A stretch of 63,389 nt of DNA, counting the filler, from Basidiobolus ranarum (Eukaryota), in assembly GCA_040143965.1 (NCBI GenBank). It is 52 parts of 52 records of this genome, joined end to end, with 100 filler letters (N's around TTAATTAATTAA, not from the genome) between each part and the next. Parts side by side here need not be neighbours in the genome. Positions count along the whole stretch, not along the records: positions 61,060 to 62,174 come from JASJQH010013239.1; positions 62,275 to 63,389 come from JASJQH010013240.1; 50 more parts are not named here. One strand, given 5' to 3'. A program made the position numbers and the translations under genes. Each line of letters starts with the position of its first letter. Within the stretch, counting starts at the first letter, position 1. Below the pieces are notes generated by a model. It was not told the origin of the DNA. It saw only the letters and a list, made by a program, of their open reading frames with translations, and ran no database searches. Shown piece by piece: positions 61,060-63,389 of the stretch.

Positions 61060-62174
61060 AAATAAAGTTCACTTCTTTGTCTTGAACTTTCTCTTGTATA
61101 AAATGATGTCTTATGTCAATATGTTTCATCCTTGAGTGATGCTCAGGATTCTTGGTGATCTGAATACAACTAATATTATCTTGATATATTGGGGTAGGAT
61201 TAACTTGATCATATCCTAGTTCCTTGAGAAGACTCCTTAGCCATATAGCTTCTTGAACAGCCATAGAGCTTGCCATATATTCTGCTTCTGTAGTTGATAA
61301 TGCGACAGTTTGTTGTTTCTTGCTAATCCAGCTTATTGGCCCACCTGCTAGCTTAAACACATATCCAGTTCTGGATTTACGGTCTTCTGTATCGTTAGCC
61401 CAGTCTGCATCAGCATATCCTTCCAAAATAAGTGACATGTTGTACTGCTTACTAAATTGAATTCCATGATGTATTGTTCCTTTCAGATAGCGTATTATCT
61501 GTTTCACAGCTATCCAATGTTCCATTGCAGGATTTTCCATATATTTGCTTACTATGCTTACTGCTGTAGCAATATCAGGCCTAGTACCAGTTGTTGCATA
61601 TATGAGACTTCCAACTGCACTACGGTAAGGAATATATTTCATGATTTCAATATCTTCAGAGGTCTTTGGTTCCATATTCTTAGTGAGTTTCCACATACAT
61701 AGTGGATTTGAAGCTGTTTTACATTCTGACATATTTAATCTGTTTAAAACATCTCCAATATATTTTTCTTGTGTAACACTGAGTGTTCCAATAGTGGAAT
61801 TTTGATGTATCTGCATTCCAAGACAATATGCTAGTGATCCAAGATCTTGTATTTCAAACTTGCTAGATAGCCAGGTCTTAGTTTGTTTCATTAGATTTGA
61901 GCCATTACTAACTATTATGATATCATCAACATAGAGAGCAATTATCACTTTAGTGGCTTTGATAGTCCTGAAGTATATGCAGTGCTCAGCTTTGCTAAGG
62001 TGGAAAAGATGTTTCACAAAGATCTGATTGATTTTGGTATTCCATGCGCAAAGAGCCTGTTTCAGACCATATAGACTCTGCTGTAGTTTGCATACTTGAT
62101 TTTCTTTTCCTTTTGCAATATATCCCTCTGGTTGATCCATGTACATATCTTCATCAATTTCTCCATTAAGAAAT
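61060..62174 (-). mobile_element. Copia family B RT and RNase H, uninterrupted frame
   Basis: LYGLKQA, LYVDD, YADADWA, ALSTTEAEY, KHIDIRHHF; C-terminus matches 32051. Confidence 0.98.
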
Positions 62175-62274
62175 NNNNNNNNNNNNNNNNNNNNNNNNNN
62201 NNNNNNNNNNNNNNNNNNTTAATTAATTAANNNNNNNNNNNNNNNNNNNNNNNNNNNNNNNNNNNNNNNNNNNN

Positions 62275-63389
62275 ATCCATATCCCTGGATTTCATAACTG
62301 ATCTACCCATGTCTGCCAAATATGATTCAAATCTAGTAGTTGTTGACCATCTAACAAAAATTGCCCACTTTGTGTCCTGAAACAAGTCAATTGATGCAAA
62401 ACAAACAGCAGAATTTGTAACAAAAAATATCTTCTGCCTACATGGACTCCCTGAAACTATCATTTTTAACCAAGGACCTCAGTCTCCTTCCAAATTCTGG
62501 AAAAGTCTCCTCCATACTTTGGGTATCTCTGCCAATCTCACCACTCTCTACCACCCCCAATCTGATGGCCAAACAGAAAGAGTGAATCAAGCTTTGGAAC
62601 AATATTTGCAATGCACTATCAACTATAATCAGGATAATTGGACACAACTCTTGCCTCTTGCTAAATTTGCTTACAACAACTCTTATCATACCTCAACAAA
62701 ACAAACTCCTTCCTTTGCAAATTATGGGTTCCATCCTTGTTTCACAATTCACCCACCATCTAATCTACAATGTCCTGCTGCCTCAGACAATGCCACTTTC
62801 CTTAATAACATTCATAAACAATTAATATCTGAGTTGGGGCATGCTCAATCCCAATACAAGAACTTTCCAGATAAGAAAAGAAAGCCAAGCCCAGATCTCA
62901 AGCCAGGAGATTATGTTTGCCTACTCCGGAAAAATATCAAAATCACTAGATCCTGTGAAAACTTGATTGTAAAAGACTAGGGCCTTTTAAGATTATTAAG
63001 CAAATCAACTCAGTAGCCTTCTGCCTTGATCTCCCAGGCCATTACAAAGTCCATAATGTATTCCATGTGTCTCTCTTAGAGCCACATGCTGGAAACACCT
63101 TCCAGGGCAAATCCATTGACCCACCCCCAGCAATCCAAGTAAAAGAACACTCTGAATATGAAGTTAGCAAAATTCTAGATTTCAGAATTTATTGATGTAA
63201 ATTGCAATATTTAGTGGACTGGAAGGGACACTCAACAAATGATCAATCATGGGAGCCAGCAACAAATCTTTCCAATTCCAAGAAACTTTGCCAGGAGTTT
63301 CATGAAGCCTACCCAGAAAAACCTGGCCCTATAATGTCTGGAAGCCATCACTAAAGAAGGGGATACTGTCATGCTTCTGATCTTGGCAT
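62275..63389 (+). mobile_element. Gypsy integrase, chromodomain, PPT (~63353..63363) and 3' LTR start (63367)
   Basis: [45 protein letters not shown]...YLVDWKG.....SWEPATNL. Confidence 0.96.

Noticed and set aside
61004-62146. ORFs ending in X...LIN or X...N
   Set aside because: The tails are translations of the spacer, not biological C-termini
1129-62274. Regularly spaced palindrome TTAATTAATTAA resembling a CRISPR or tandem array
   Set aside because: Embedded in N runs, encodes stops in six frames and separates length-sorted contigs: an assembly linker
1-63389. Gene clusters or composite elements spanning neighbouring contigs
   Set aside because: Contig order reflects length only; no synteny can be inferred across spacers

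Overview
This window is not one locus. It is 52 unplaced contigs of 1128 to 1115 bp, sorted by decreasing length and joined by 51 identical 100-nt artificial spacers (N44-TTAATTAATTAA-N44, stops in all six frames), so nothing across a spacer is real adjacency. The DNA is AT-rich and eukaryotic; a fungus, possibly early-diverging, is my inference. About three quarters of the contigs are decayed transposable elements. (1) A very abundant CACTA/EnSpm (CMC)-type DNA transposon occurs in about 21 contigs and can be pieced together by eye. It has 13-bp TIRs CCCTAACA(G/A)AAAT, so both tips read TTAGGG outward, TGAYGG subterminal repeats, a Transposase_21-like ORF of roughly 900 aa, and a divergently transcribed second ORF of unknown function. 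(2) At least four Ty1/copia LTR families; two use an anticodon-half tRNAiMet PBS and one uses the tRNAiMet 3' end. (3) A chromodomain-bearing Ty3/gypsy element with a Tf1-like self-priming signature. (4) A Harbinger/ISL2EU-type transposase relic and a 182-bp MITE with a 3-bp TSD. TE contigs are almost devoid of CpG and carry CpG->TpG/CpA substitutions, whereas host-like contigs keep CpG. The host-like contigs hold gene ends and spacers: a subtilisin relic, a POT-transporter-like C-terminus, and a head-to-head pair of paralogous secreted-protein starts. No rRNA, tRNA or CRISPR array is visible. All family calls come from motif recognition by eye, not database searches.
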